DNA from: a virus
Length of the DNA stretch: 64,000 nt
Virus record (IMG/VR): IMGVR_UViG_3300036846_001176
Span: 29,048 to 93,047 of that record
Reading direction: 5' to 3' (one strand)
The notes below the pieces were generated by a model. That model saw only the letters and a list, made by a program, of their open reading frames with translations. It was not told the origin of the DNA and did no database searches. Shown here piece by piece: positions 15,349-26,700 of this stretch. Position numbers and translations under genes: made by a program. Positions within the stretch are counted from its first letter, which is position 1, and every line of letters begins with the position of its first letter.

Positions 15349-18285
15349 ATGGTGTTAAAGCGTGACACCAAGCCACTGACCGAGGCCGAGCACCGCCAGC
15401 GACAGGAGGCGGCCGAGGCGTCGGCCAAGGCCAGGCACCGCGCGGAAACCGCGCCGTCGGTGCAGCAGGGCTCGACCGGCACCCCCTCTCGCGCAGCCGT
15501 CGGATTATTCCGCCAGGGCCAGTCGCGTCCCGGCGGCGGCCGGGCCGGGGGTGGCCTGTGGGACACCCGCACCTCCGAGGCGACGCTCGGCTCGGTCAAC
15601 GCTCGTTTCCGGCTGCACTTTCCGGACGCCTACCGCGGTGAGCCACACGAACTGGCGCCGCCGGTCAAAGGGCGCCCGCTGGTGGCCGAAGGCCTGGGCG
15701 AGCCGATGCCGGGCAAGAAGATCGGCGGCTCGCGCTACCGGGCCGTGGGCGCGCAGCTCCACCGCGACCTGGTGATCGAGAACCCCGGCACCTTCACCGA
15801 GGCGCTCCGCCACCCGAAGATGCGGGAGATCCTGCAGCGCTCGATTGGTGTGGTGCGTGAGCACCAGGCGGGCACCGTCGAGCGGGGCTACAAGGAGCGC
15901 CTGATCCCGCCGACGACGCCGAGGGGGCTGGCGGCGCGGGCCTACAAGCACGCCGCCCTGATGGCCCTGCACCGGGCGGGCGTCGGCGATTACGACTTCC
16001 ACATGGATCCGGAGGCCAAGCGGCAGTTCCGCGGGCTCGAGCGGTTCATGCGATTTGCGCATAGGCGGGTGTTCGACCGGCTGCACACCGAGGCGCCGGC
16101 GGCGACGTACGAGCCCTTCAAGCAGCAATTCGGCCAGCCCTTCCGGTCTCGCAAGCGGGGACGACTGATGGACGTGCCACGGTATCGCATGAGGCCCAAC
16201 GAGAGATTTGTGAAGCTGGCCAAGGGCTGGACCAACGCGACAGGGGTGATCCACTCCCCCGGGCGCGGCCCGACCGATCAGGGCGACCAGGGTCACCAGC
16301 CGATCGACGTCACACGTGAAACATTGGACAGGATTGCTGGCGCATCCCGCAAGCTGCGGTTCAGCCCCAAACTGCACGTGAAGCACGCCGCCCGCCAGGT
16401 CGAGCACCACCTGCTCGGCAAGCGCTGGGACAACACCAAGCACCCTCGTGAGCACACCGGGCAGTTCGCTTCCAAGACCGCCGAGCGGGTCGGCGGCTTT
16501 GCCGGGGGTGGTGTGGGCGCAGCCGGCGGCACCTATCTCGGCTACCGCCACGGCGCGGACGCCGGCGCCTGGCTGGGCCGCAAGACCGGCATCGCCTATG
16601 GCCGGGCAGCTGACGCCATCCGCGGCAAACGCGGCATTGCCTCGCAGGCCGCCGAGAGCGCCGAAATGGCGGGCGCCAGGATCGGCCGCCACCTAGGCCA
16701 CAACCGCGGCATGCTGCTCGGCGCCGCGCTGGTCGGCATCCCGTCGGCGCTGGCCGGTCGGTATGTCGGGGCCAAGCTCGACCGGCTGCTCAGCCGCCGG
16801 CGGGCCAAAAAGGCTGGCAAGCTCGAGCAGTGGCGCCGGCTCAACGAGGGCATCTCGGTACGACCAACCTCGCGGAAGCAACTCAAGCACGCCTTCCGCA
16901 ACGCCCGGAGTGCCAGCGGCAAGATCGGCGCCGCGCATGCGTTCGTTCGCGGCGAGCTCGGCAAGAGGGCGTCTGCAGCGCAAATAGCTCCACCGATCGC
17001 TTTTGCGATGCAGCCGGACCCGGAACTGCGCAAGGTCAGCGGCAGCTTCTCGCTGTCCGACCCGTTCTCCGAGCCACAGTTTGGCGACTACACCTCGAGC
17101 CCGGCCATGATGCTGCGCCGCGCCATGCGCCCGCGCATGCGCCACCGCCGCGCCACCCTGCGGCTCAACACCCAGCGCGGCCTGCGCCATGCGCTGTCCG
17201 GCGGCGTTACCCGTCAGGAGCGCTGGCAGCTCGGTGCCGGTAGCGGCTTCGGCAAGGGTGAGGCGCTGGACAAGTCGTTTGGCTCGATCGCCGGGTCGGC
17301 CATCAAGCTCGGCACAAAAGTTGGTCGCGGACTTGGTCGCGGTGCCGTCCGCGCCGGCCAGGAAGCCAAGGCGACCTGGAAGGAAGAGGGCATCAAGTCG
17401 GCGCTCGCTCCCGCCCACGTGGCGGGCCGGATGGCCGGCGCCGCGGTCGGGGGCGCGCGCGGAGCCAAGATCGGCGGCGCGGCCGGGCTGGCCTCCGACT
17501 ACGTGCCGCTTGCCTACACGGCGTACAGTCTTGGTCGCCAAGCCATGAAGCCGCCGGAGCCAAAGCCGCTCGGCAAGGGCGTCATCGGCGATGCCGCCAA
17601 CCTTGGTCGGCGGATCTCGAGCCGGGTGTTCGCCCATCCGCGCGTGGTTGCCGCGGTGGACGAGGCCAGGGCACTCGGCGGCCTTATGCCGAAAACGCAT
17701 GGCTACCGCTTGGGCCGCACGATGGGCGCCGCGATCGGCGGCGAGCGTGGCGCCAGGATCGGCGGCCATGTTGGTCGTGCTGCCGGCCTGGCGCCGGTTG
17801 CGCTGGTCGGGGGCGGCCTGATCGCCAGCCGCAAGAAGCGCGACGAAGCGATCAACGAGAAGATCAAGCAGTTCCAGCACGTGGCCGATCCGCTGCTTGG
17901 CAAGGCGTTCGGCCCTGCGACGATCGTCCGCGCCGTGCACAAACCGATCGCGGCGCTTTCGCGTCATATCGTTCGGGGCGCGCGCAAGCATCCCGCGATC
18001 GCCGGCTTGGCGGCCGGTGCCGCGGCATTGCCGGCGGCGCATTACCTGCAGCGCCATCCCGGCGAGCGGACGATGATGGGCGCCGTTGCCGGCGGTCTCC
18101 TGGCTGCCCGGCTCTCGCGCGGACGCAGCGCGGCGAAGTTGCTAAGATCAGGGATCGGTAAGGTTCGGGCCTCGCGGACGGCTGTCGCCGCGGGTGCAGC
18201 GTTGGGAGGAGCGACAGCGGCATCCGCAGGTGTGCTCGGTCGGCATAACCGGTTCGAGGATCTGCCCAATCCCGCCAACCCTTAG
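15349..18285 (+). CDS. Large modular Gly/Ala/Arg-rich head-region protein (978 aa)
   Basis: WDNTKHPREHTGQF motif; several glycine-zipper helices; repeated L-G/A-K motifs. Confidence 0.8.
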   Translation: MVLKRDTKPLTEAEHRQRQEAAEASAKARHRAETAPSVQQGSTGTPSRAAVGLFRQGQSRPGGGRAGGGLWDTRTSEATLGSVNARFRLHFPDAYRGEPHELAPPVKGRPLVAEGLGEPMPGKKIGGSRYRAVGAQLHRDLVIENPGTFTEALRHPKMREILQRSIGVVREHQAGTVERGYKERLIPPTTPRGLAARAYKHAALMALHRAGVGDYDFHMDPEAKRQFRGLERFMRFAHRRVFDRLHTEAPAATYEPFKQQFGQPFRSRKRGRLMDVPRYRMRPNERFVKLAKGWTNATGVIHSPGRGPTDQGDQGHQPIDVTRETLDRIAGASRKLRFSPKLHVKHAARQVEHHLLGKRWDNTKHPREHTGQFASKTAERVGGFAGGGVGAAGGTYLGYRHGADAGAWLGRKTGIAYGRAADAIRGKRGIASQAAESAEMAGARIGRHLGHNRGMLLGAALVGIPSALAGRYVGAKLDRLLSRRRAKKAGKLEQWRRLNEGISVRPTSRKQLKHAFRNARSASGKIGAAHAFVRGELGKRASAAQIAPPIAFAMQPDPELRKVSGSFSLSDPFSEPQFGDYTSSPAMMLRRAMRPRMRHRRATLRLNTQRGLRHALSGGVTRQERWQLGAGSGFGKGEALDKSFGSIAGSAIKLGTKVGRGLGRGAVRAGQEAKATWKEEGIKSALAPAHVAGRMAGAAVGGARGAKIGGAAGLASDYVPLAYTAYSLGRQAMKPPEPKPLGKGVIGDAANLGRRISSRVFAHPRVVAAVDEARALGGLMPKTHGYRLGRTMGAAIGGERGARIGGHVGRAAGLAPVALVGGGLIASRKKRDEAINEKIKQFQHVADPLLGKAFGPATIVRAVHKPIAALSRHIVRGARKHPAIAGLAAGAAALPAAHYLQRHPGERTMMGAVAGGLLAARLSRGRSAAKLLRSGIGKVRASRTAVAAGAALGGATAASAGVLGRHNRFEDLPNPANP

Positions 18286-18297
18286 TAGGAGGCTCCT

Positions 18298-18828
18298 ATG
18301 GCTACCGCCATGCTTCTCGCTCCGACCGCCAACGCCCCGTACCTGACGCGGCTCGGCAATACCTACACGGCCGACGAATACGGCGTGATCCGCGACGTGC
18401 CGTCAGGCACCGAGGTGACCGATCTGCAGTCGATGGGCTGCTCGCTGGTCCAGCCAGGTCGCTACCCGATCTTCGCGCTGAGCGGTGCGGACATGACCAA
18501 GACCACCGACCAGCAATTCTCCAGCACGCTTGGTCCGGCCAACTGGTATTCGCTTTCCAAGGTCGTCATCACCGGCGCCACCGGGCCGATCACGTCGGTG
18601 GTCGGCGGCATCTACACCCAGCCGGAAAAGGGTGGCGAAGCGGTGGTGGCTGATGGCCAGAACTTCGCGTTGGATGGCGCCACCGAGGGCGAGATGGTGG
18701 TGGCAACACTGGCACCGATCTGCGCCACGCAGTGCTTCAAGGGGCCGCTCTACCTGTCGCTGAGCACGCCGCTGAGCGAGCACGAAACCTGCGACATCTT
18801 CGTCTACGGCGACGTGATGGCGCTGTAG
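18298..18828 (+). CDS. Putative virion structural protein
   Basis: AGGAGG RBS; Thr/Gly/Val-rich beta-type sequence. Confidence 0.7.
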   Translation: MATAMLLAPTANAPYLTRLGNTYTADEYGVIRDVPSGTEVTDLQSMGCSLVQPGRYPIFALSGADMTKTTDQQFSSTLGPANWYSLSKVVITGATGPITSVVGGIYTQPEKGGEAVVADGQNFALDGATEGEMVVATLAPICATQCFKGPLYLSLSTPLSEHETCDIFVYGDVMAL

Positions 18829-18867
18829 GCGCCGCAACCAACCGATCGAGCCAACAAGGAGATCGCG

Positions 18868-19272
18868 ATGAGTGGAACCCGAACCGGCACGCAGCCGCCT
18901 GCCGCACCTCCGCCGCCCGCCACGCCACCCGCTGCCACTCAGCCTGCCGGCCAGACGCAGGCCCAGGTAGAGGGCGATGCGCGCGAAGCACAGGGCCAGG
19001 GCAGTGGCGCACCAACCAACGGCAACGGCGCACCAACCAACGGCTCCGATGCAACAGGCAACCTGGAAGAGCGGCTGAACAAAGGCCTCGAGCGCATCAC
19101 CGCGTTCCTCGACAAGGCCGCGGCGAGCGCCCGCGGCGAAGAGGAAGAGGAACCGGCCGAGGCTAAGCTCCGCAGGGAAGCCATGGACCGGCTGGAGAAG
19201 GTCATGGCGCACCTGAACGCCGCGTCGATGGAGCTTGGCCAACTCCGCAGCAAGATCGGCTCGACCCAGTAG
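18868..19272 (+). CDS. Hypothetical protein
   Basis: AAGGAG RBS; disordered N-terminus plus coiled coil. Confidence 0.65.
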   Translation: MSGTRTGTQPPAAPPPPATPPAATQPAGQTQAQVEGDAREAQGQGSGAPTNGNGAPTNGSDATGNLEERLNKGLERITAFLDKAAASARGEEEEEPAEAKLRREAMDRLEKVMAHLNAASMELGQLRSKIGSTQ

Positions 19273-19274
19273 CC

Positions 19275-19694
19275 ATGGCCGATCCGCCCAAACCCGCGCC
19301 ACCAGCACGGGTCGCCGCCACCGCCGGCGATCGGGGCTATGTGCCTGACTTCGATCCCGGCAAATCGAGCCTGACCGGCGAGAAGGTCCAGGTTGTCCCG
19401 GTGATGCAGCGCCAGGGCGACGTGGCCTCGCCGGCCATGGTCGAGGGCATCACGATCCGCCCGGCCAAGGTGATGACCGCCGCCGAGGCGCGCAACACCA
19501 TGGCGCGCATCATCACCGACATGCTGGTGTGGATCGACGGCTGGCCGCACGACCTTCACGGCGAAGAGGCCTATGTGCTGGAGATCTTCCGGGAGATCGC
19601 CACGCGGCGGAAACTGCGCACCCAGGCGGGGTTGCACGACCAGGACATCGTGGCCGACGACATCGACAAAGCGCACTACGAGCCAAAGCCATGA
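19275..19694 (+). CDS. Hypothetical protein
   Basis: 139 aa, tight packing. Confidence 0.65.
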   Translation: MADPPKPAPPARVAATAGDRGYVPDFDPGKSSLTGEKVQVVPVMQRQGDVASPAMVEGITIRPAKVMTAAEARNTMARIITDMLVWIDGWPHDLHGEEAYVLEIFREIATRRKLRTQAGLHDQDIVADDIDKAHYEPKP

Positions 19695-20066
19695 ACGTCG
19701 TCGTTGTCCTGCTCGGGGTGATCATCGTCATGCTGGTGCGCTATCACGTCGCCTGGTAGGCGTCTGTTCCACTGGCTACGCCATCTGCTGCACCTCCAGC
19801 CGATCGAGGTCGTCACGGAGCGGCGCAACGGTGATCTCTGGATCGGCGCGCGCTGCGTGATCTGCGGCCGCACCGCGGGCTGGCATCACGCGCGGTTTCG
19901 CTGACCGCTGCCGGTCGGGGGATCAATCCCGACCTCCCATGTTGGATTTTCACGGGACCGCGCCGGCCGGCCTTTCCTGGTCCGCACTGCCAGGCGGTAT
20001 CGGCCGACACGAGGCAGTGGTGGAATGTTGCAATCATTAGAGCTTTCCGGCAAAACTTGACCCAAT

Positions 20067-20089
20067 GCGGCCAGAGAGCCGCTTTTTTT
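20067..20089 (+). terminator. Intrinsic terminator
   Basis: gcggc-cagaga-gccgc followed by T7. Confidence 0.7.
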
Positions 20090-20106
20090 GTGGGGAACCG
20101 CCGACG

Positions 20107-22209
20107 TTGCTTCTTGCCAAGCATACGCCCGGGCAACCTCTCTCAGAAGCTGAACACCGCCAGCGGCGCGAGGCCGCGCGCGCGCGATGGGCGGCAGCCG
20201 GCAAGACTGCGGCGATCGGCGCGGTCGGCGGCGGCCTCATCGGTGGCTTCCGCGGCGCTATCCTGAGTGGTGGCAGCGAACGCGCAGCGTCCCTCGCAGC
20301 GAGCGCCGAAGGCCTGCGCCAAGCCTATGTCGCGCGCGCTGCCGAGGAAGCCAGGCGCCGCGACAAGCGCGATGTCGTCCAGCGCTTTTACGAACGCCAG
20401 ATGCGCCAGACGCCGGAAGCCGAGGCGCAGACCACGCTGGCCGAGGCGATCGAAAGCCTGCGCAACCCCTATGCCCGCGCCCAGCGACCGGCGCGGCGCC
20501 CGGTACGCGAGCCGCCGATCGTCGGCAACACCACCAACCACCTGGTCTATACGCGCCTGGTCTGGAAGGCCGAGCGCAATCTGAAGCTCGCCCGCAACAA
20601 GATCGAGGCTCTGGTGCGGGCCAACATGGCCGCCGGCGACGACCGCGAGGCGGCCGAAGCGGAACCGACCGTGCGCAGACTGCGCGTCGAACTCGCCTCG
20701 ACCGAACGCGAACTCAAAGACCTCAAGCGGCTGCGGGATCGGGCCGCCACCATCCAGTCGCGTGCCGAGCACACCCGTACGCCGACCAGGCGGCGCGGCA
20801 AGGAGATCGCCGAGCCGAAGACCCAGCGGGTGAAGGCGAACGTGGTGCGCCAGACCCGGGGTGGCGAAAAGGAGGAGATCGAGGCCGGCCGCGGCCGCAC
20901 GGAACGCGCGGATCTACGGGCCGAACTGGAGCGCCGGCTTGCCCAGCACGACATCAAAACCGAGCGCTTCAAGGCAGCCGCCGAGCGGCGCACCATCACC
21001 GAGACCGCCGAGGCGGTACGGCAGAACCTGCTGTCCGGCCATTACCACTCGCAGATCCTGCGCCGGGCCGGCCGGGGCGCGCTGATCGGTGCCGTCGCCG
21101 GCCTGACCACCGCCGGGGTGGCCCTGCTCGCGCATCACGTGGCGACCGCCGGGCGTCGCCGGGCCACCGCTGTGCATAACCCTGTGGGTCCCGTGCATAA
21201 AACCGGGGACCTCCCGCATAATCCGGGCATGTCGCTTTTTGCTCCCTCATTTGAGGGGCCGAAAAGTGACATGCTCGCCAAGGCCGAGCCGCCGCGCGAC
21301 ACGCCGGAAGGCCAGATGGGCCCCGATCTGGCGGGCGTCTATCGCCGCTGGATCGACCGTCTGCTCGGCCATGGCGATGACCCGGTCAATATCGGCGACG
21401 GCCTGGTCGAGGCGCTCGGCCCGGGCATCACCGAGGCCTTTGCCCAGGGCCTGATCACCCCGCCGATCACCGGGCCCGAGCATCCGGACTATCGCATCGA
21501 TGTCGACTTCGACCTGCTGAACCCGGCGCAGTTGCGCCACATCGCCGAATACAGCCTCGACCGCATCGTCGAGTTGACCGACGCCCAGCGCGAGACCATC
21601 CGCGACGCGCTGCGCGAGCAGAGCGTGCTGCAGGGTATCGGCCCCAAGGACGTCGCCCGCACCATCAAGGAAGCGATCGGCCTGACCACCTACCAGCGTG
21701 GCGTGGTCGCGTCCTTCCGCCGGCAGCTCGAGCAGCTCGATCCGCGCGCGCTGGAGCGCCAGCTCCGCGACAAGCGCTACGACCGCACGCTGTCGGCGGC
21801 GATCGCGGCCAACACGCCGCTCAGCGCCGAGCAGATCGACACCATGGTCGATGCCTACCATCGCAAGATGCTGGCGCTGCGGTCGCAGACCATCGCCCGC
21901 ACCGAGGCGCTGCGTGCCACCTCCTACGGCGGCCTGGCGCGCGCGCAGGAGGTGCTCGACCGGCATCCCGAGCTCGAGGTGACCAAGAAGTGGCTGGCCA
22001 CCGAGGATAACCGCACGCGGCCCACCCACCGCGACCTCGATGGTCGCGAGGTCGACGGCATGCTCGGGCATTTCGTGACCAGCGCCGGCCATCCGATCCG
22101 CTGGCCGCTCGATGAGACCGCGCCGGCCGACGAGGTCATCAATTGCCGCTGCACCCTTCGCTACATCTTCAAGCCGAAGCGGGGCCAGCAACTGGCCGTC
22201 AACGCTTAA
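20107..22209 (+). CDS. Mu gpF/SPP1 gp7-like head morphogenesis protein with long N-terminal extension
   Basis: IARTE...KKWLATEDNRTRPTH..LDG...INCRC at C-terminus; TTG 20107 chosen because ATG 20065 lies within the terminator and GGGGAA precedes TTG. Confidence 0.85.
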   Translation: MLLAKHTPGQPLSEAEHRQRREAARARWAAAGKTAAIGAVGGGLIGGFRGAILSGGSERAASLAASAEGLRQAYVARAAEEARRRDKRDVVQRFYERQMRQTPEAEAQTTLAEAIESLRNPYARAQRPARRPVREPPIVGNTTNHLVYTRLVWKAERNLKLARNKIEALVRANMAAGDDREAAEAEPTVRRLRVELASTERELKDLKRLRDRAATIQSRAEHTRTPTRRRGKEIAEPKTQRVKANVVRQTRGGEKEEIEAGRGRTERADLRAELERRLAQHDIKTERFKAAAERRTITETAEAVRQNLLSGHYHSQILRRAGRGALIGAVAGLTTAGVALLAHHVATAGRRRATAVHNPVGPVHKTGDLPHNPGMSLFAPSFEGPKSDMLAKAEPPRDTPEGQMGPDLAGVYRRWIDRLLGHGDDPVNIGDGLVEALGPGITEAFAQGLITPPITGPEHPDYRIDVDFDLLNPAQLRHIAEYSLDRIVELTDAQRETIRDALREQSVLQGIGPKDVARTIKEAIGLTTYQRGVVASFRRQLEQLDPRALERQLRDKRYDRTLSAAIAANTPLSAEQIDTMVDAYHRKMLALRSQTIARTEALRATSYGGLARAQEVLDRHPELEVTKKWLATEDNRTRPTHRDLDGREVDGMLGHFVTSAGHPIRWPLDETAPADEVINCRCTLRYIFKPKRGQQLAVNA

Positions 22210-22222
22210 TCAGGAGAGAGCC

Positions 22223-23791
22223 ATGGCAGTCGATCCCGCCCAGATCCAGGCCACCCTCGATGGCGAACTGGCCAAGTTCGTCGAAGCCGCCGGCAGTCCC
22301 GAGCGCCAGGCAGAGGTGCTGATCAAGATCGGCTTCTACCGCCAGGAACTCGCCAAGCAGGCCGACATGCTGTCGAGCGTCGATGACGATCTCGCCATCG
22401 AGGTGGCCGAGCAGTGGTTCGGCGAGGGCGACGAGTTGCTCAAGCGGGCGGTGTGGAATGCCTCGGCGGGCTCTGAGGAAATCCCGCTGCGCAAGCAGGC
22501 GCCGGTGCCGGAGGCCGAGCAGGCGCTCGCCAAGATGGTCGACGAGTGCCAGACCGACAACGCCCGCGCGCTGCTGCTGCACAAGATCGGCAGCTACACG
22601 CGCGAGATGAACGACATGGTCGATGCGCTGCAGGGCCAGCCCGATGCGCGGGTCAACGAAGTGGTGACCGCGTGGCTGACCGCCGATCCCGGTGAGACGG
22701 CGTTGAAGAAGAACGTGCTCACCGCGGGCATGCCATCGTCCGGCAGGCGCCTCTACGGCAACGGCGTCGATGGCGATGGCGATCCGGTCAAGGAGACGAT
22801 CGGCAACGCCTCAAGCCATGTCGGCAATGAGCTCGACGGCAGCGAGAAGGGTTCCGATCAGGCCATCCGGCGGACAATTCCGCGACGTCCGACCGGTGAG
22901 GGAGCGGGGAAGCGGGTTCGTGGCAGCTTCCCCGCACCCAACCAGCGTGACGGCGAAACGCCGAGCCCTGGCTCGGGTCCGAACGACACCGGCGACGGTG
23001 GCGTCAATCCCGAGATCATCCGCCGCAAGGGCACCACGGGCGGCCTTGGCAGCGTGAAGGGCGCCGATGCCGAGAGCAACGCGACGGTCACGCAGGACAG
23101 CACCCATGGCACGAACCAGTGGGGCGGTCAGAGCGGCGGCAAGAACCGCAAGCGGAGCAACGAGAGCGACCAGGGCGTGCACACCGCGCAGAAGGCCGAG
23201 TTCATCGCCGACCTGATGAAGATCGCGCCGGACGAGATGGTCGATGCGATCCTCGAGCTACCGGAAGATGACCAGGACCTCGCCGCCGGCGTAGCCGCCA
23301 ACCATGCGGCGGACCTGCTGGCCTGGACGGGCCTAGTGCCTGAGGGTGGGCTTGCCAAGCGGGCGCTCGATGCCTCCGTCACCGAATGGCTGGAGGAGGA
23401 TCCCGACCAGATCCAGCTGAAGAAGTGGGTGGCCGAGGCGTTGACCACCGCCGAGGAAATCCCGCTCGATCTCGGCAAGGCGATCATCGAATGGGAGCCG
23501 GCGGGGCCGCAGTTCACGGTGCGGCGCGAGGTCGGCAAGAGCGAGGTCGGGGGCGGATTGCGGAAGCTCGGTCCCGGCGGCCAGTTGGCACGCACTGCGG
23601 CGATCGTAACGGGCGCGCATTTGGGCGCCGGTGCGGCGGTCGGTGCTGCTGTCGCTGCCGGCCACAAATTCAAGAAGGCGCCGAAGCACACGCTCGCCCA
23701 TCATCTCGGCTACAGCATGCTGTTCAACCCGGTCGCCTACGGCGGCTATCGAGCAGGTCGCGCGATCGGTCAGCGCCCGCGGGGGGATTAA
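22223..23791 (+). CDS. Acidic/helical head-region protein (scaffold-like)
   Basis: AGGAG RBS 22212-22216; two similar helical blocks around a disordered linker. Confidence 0.75.
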   Translation: MAVDPAQIQATLDGELAKFVEAAGSPERQAEVLIKIGFYRQELAKQADMLSSVDDDLAIEVAEQWFGEGDELLKRAVWNASAGSEEIPLRKQAPVPEAEQALAKMVDECQTDNARALLLHKIGSYTREMNDMVDALQGQPDARVNEVVTAWLTADPGETALKKNVLTAGMPSSGRRLYGNGVDGDGDPVKETIGNASSHVGNELDGSEKGSDQAIRRTIPRRPTGEGAGKRVRGSFPAPNQRDGETPSPGSGPNDTGDGGVNPEIIRRKGTTGGLGSVKGADAESNATVTQDSTHGTNQWGGQSGGKNRKRSNESDQGVHTAQKAEFIADLMKIAPDEMVDAILELPEDDQDLAAGVAANHAADLLAWTGLVPEGGLAKRALDASVTEWLEEDPDQIQLKKWVAEALTTAEEIPLDLGKAIIEWEPAGPQFTVRREVGKSEVGGGLRKLGPGGQLARTAAIVTGAHLGAGAAVGAAVAAGHKFKKAPKHTLAHHLGYSMLFNPVAYGGYRAGRAIGQRPRGD

Positions 23792-23797
23792 CCCGCC

Positions 23798-26700
23798 ATG
23801 GACGGCTTCACCTTCTTCCTGCCGCTGACCAAGGCGGATCAAGAGAAGCGCCTGGTCTGGGGCCGTGCGGCCGTCGAGGAACCCGACAAGTCGCGCGAGA
23901 TCATGGACTACACATCGGCCAAGCCGGAGTTCCAGAAATGGAGCGACGGCTACGCCAAGGCCACGCTCGGCAAGAGCTTCGGCAACGTGCGCGCGATGCA
24001 CAACCCGAGGCACCTGGCCGGCAAGATCGCTGAGATCATCTACAACGATCAGGCCAAGGCGGTGGATGTCTGCGTCAAAGTGCTGGACCCGGTCGACTGG
24101 CAGAAGGTCGAGGAGGGTGGCTACACCGGGTTCAGCATCGGCGGCGGGTATTTGAAAAAGTGGACCGACCAGCCCTCCGGCTGCACGCGCTACACGCCCC
24201 GCATCCAGGAGATCAGCTTCGTCGACAGTCCGTGCATTCCTTCGGCGCGGATCATGGAGATGCAGAAGCAGGACGGCTCGACCGAAGAGGTGCGCTTGCG
24301 CGGTGTCGCGCGCTCGTTTGCCGAGCTGCTGCCACCACCGACGTTCGGCGATCTGCATAAGTCAGGAGGAGCGTGGCGCCATCTGGCTGCCGGCGCTGTG
24401 GGTGAAACCGCCGGCAGTGCCGCAGGCTCGATGATTGGCGGGGAAAACATCGGCTCCAACATTGGCGGACAGCTCGGTGGTGCGGCTGGTAGTGCAATCG
24501 GGTCAGCCTTCGGCCCGGTTGGCACGTTTGCGGGTGGGACGCTCGGGAGCCTTGCCGGCTCAGCGATCGGCGGCGCGATCAGCGGTGGCAAGAAGAAAAA
24601 GCCGAAGGTGCCGGATCCAGACGACGATGACGACGACATGGGCAAGGCCGGCTATTCCGGCATGCGCGGCGTCACCGGCATCGTGCGGCCGCCGAAGAAG
24701 CTTCGTCCGGGTGGCAGCATGTTCAAGATCCATCCCGGCATCATCCGCGCGGCCGCGACCGGTGCGCTGCATGGCGCCAAGATCGCGCGCCGCTATGCGC
24801 CGCATGCCGCTCTCATTGGCGCAACCCTTGGCGGCAAGGCTGCCTTCCATGCCTCGCGCCGCATCGGTGGCCGCATTGCCGACCGCATGATGGAGGCCAA
24901 TGTCCGCCGCGCCCGGATCTTCGAGGGCATGCACGGGCACTGGCACAAGCCTGGGCCGCCCTCATCGAGCAGGGCGCTGGTGGTGCATGGCGCCAGTACG
25001 CACGACTTTGCCAGGCGGTTGAGCGAGAAGCAGATGCACCACCTGCTCGCCGGTGCGGGAGCTGCGATGATCGGCGGCGCTGGGGTGGGCGGGGCCACTG
25101 GCTATTTCGGCACTAGGCATGCCAGCCGGCGCGCGGAGCGGGCGCTGACGCCGCGACCACGGCGCATCGCGCGCAAGCAGGAATTGATCGATCGACTGAG
25201 CAAGGCGGCTGCGCCCTCGGTGGCGCGCCGAGGGGCGCGGCTGGCAGCGGAAGCCGCTGCTCTCGGTCTTGGTGTCGGCGTTGGCGCCGCGGCGGCCAAT
25301 AGGTTCCACGCGCCGGAGCCGAAGCCCTGGAAGCACCACCTACTCTATACCGCGACGCTCGGGCCAGCCTATGGCGGGTATCTCGCCGGCCGCTACACCG
25401 CCGGCTTTCGCGATCGAAAGCCGGACACCGAGGTCACCAAGGCCGAGTACGAAGGCTCAGCCGCGGATGAGCGCGAGGACCGGCGTGGCGCGCGTCGCAT
25501 GGGCATGACGCTCGCCCAGTACGAGCGCACGGCGCGCGATCGGCGCGAGGACGCTGCCGGTGAGCGCCGGATGGGCAAGGCAGCGCTTGGTGGGTATCAG
25601 CAGGGCTATGACGACGCGGAGAACGCTGCCGAGGGCACCGAGTTGGCCAATAGCGCGTTCCGCACAGCCGGCAATTTGTACGGCAAGTTGACCGGCAAAA
25701 AGCCGGCGCCGGGCACACAGGGCGCCGTCGAGAAGGTTTCGTTCGGCGCTGTTGCACCAACGCTGCGCACGATCGGCCGGAGCCTCCGTGCCGCACCACT
25801 GAAGACGACACGCCAGTTGGGCGGAGCGGCGGTTGGCCTGGCCGGACGCGCCGCCCGGCGCAATCCTGCGGCCACCTTCGCGGCCGGCGGCCTGACCGGT
25901 GCCGCGCTGGCGCCGTCAGGCAAACGCGAGGACGAAGCGCAGAAGTCCGAACTGGTCGACCTCGAGCAGCTGCGCAAGAACATCCTGCTGCAGGACGACA
26001 ACACGGTGAGCCAGTGGCGCGCCGCGCGCTCCGATCAGTGGGAGCCCTCGCACGCGCTCGACTTCAGCTATCACGATCCGAACGACCCGCATCAGGTGAT
26101 GGCCGGCATGCCGGCGCAGGCCAAGGGACCGATGGAGCTCGCCGAGCCGATGGGCGACATGGCCAAGGCGACCTCGCCCGAGCAGCGCGCGAAAATTCAC
26201 CAGACCATGCACGAGTTCAAGCATGGCCAGTTGCATTCGTTCCGCGCCGGCGTGCCGAAGCGGAAGATGCCGAAGGTGGCCAACCGCAAGCAGGCGATCG
26301 CCATTGCGCTCAACCAGGCGCGTCGGATGGGCAAAGGCGAGGATCCGATTTTCGTTGCCGCGCTGACCGATCGGCTGGAAAAGGCAAGCGCCACACGTGG
26401 GAAACTCGCCGCTCCCGATGAGCCAGGCAGCTACACGCACCGCAAGCCGGGTGGTGGAACTGCGTTGGAAAGGCTCGGCATACATCCAAGGCAGCTAGCG
26501 AACGCCGCTGCCAGAACGGGGGCCGAGTATGCCATGCCGCATGCGACGCTTGCCAATCACCCTGCTATGCATGCCGCGTACAGTGCCATGTATAACGCTG
26601 GCGCCGGCATGGCTGCGGGAAGAGCGGCAGGTCATCTGGCCAGCACTCTCCATCTGACCTCGCCGATCGCGCAGCATGCCGCCGCCGAACTTTCCGCCAC

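Noticed and set aside
19691-19904. Tiny ORF 19691-19759 and a following CxxC-containing frame
   Set aside because: 22 aa only, and the second frame has no start codon; insufficient support
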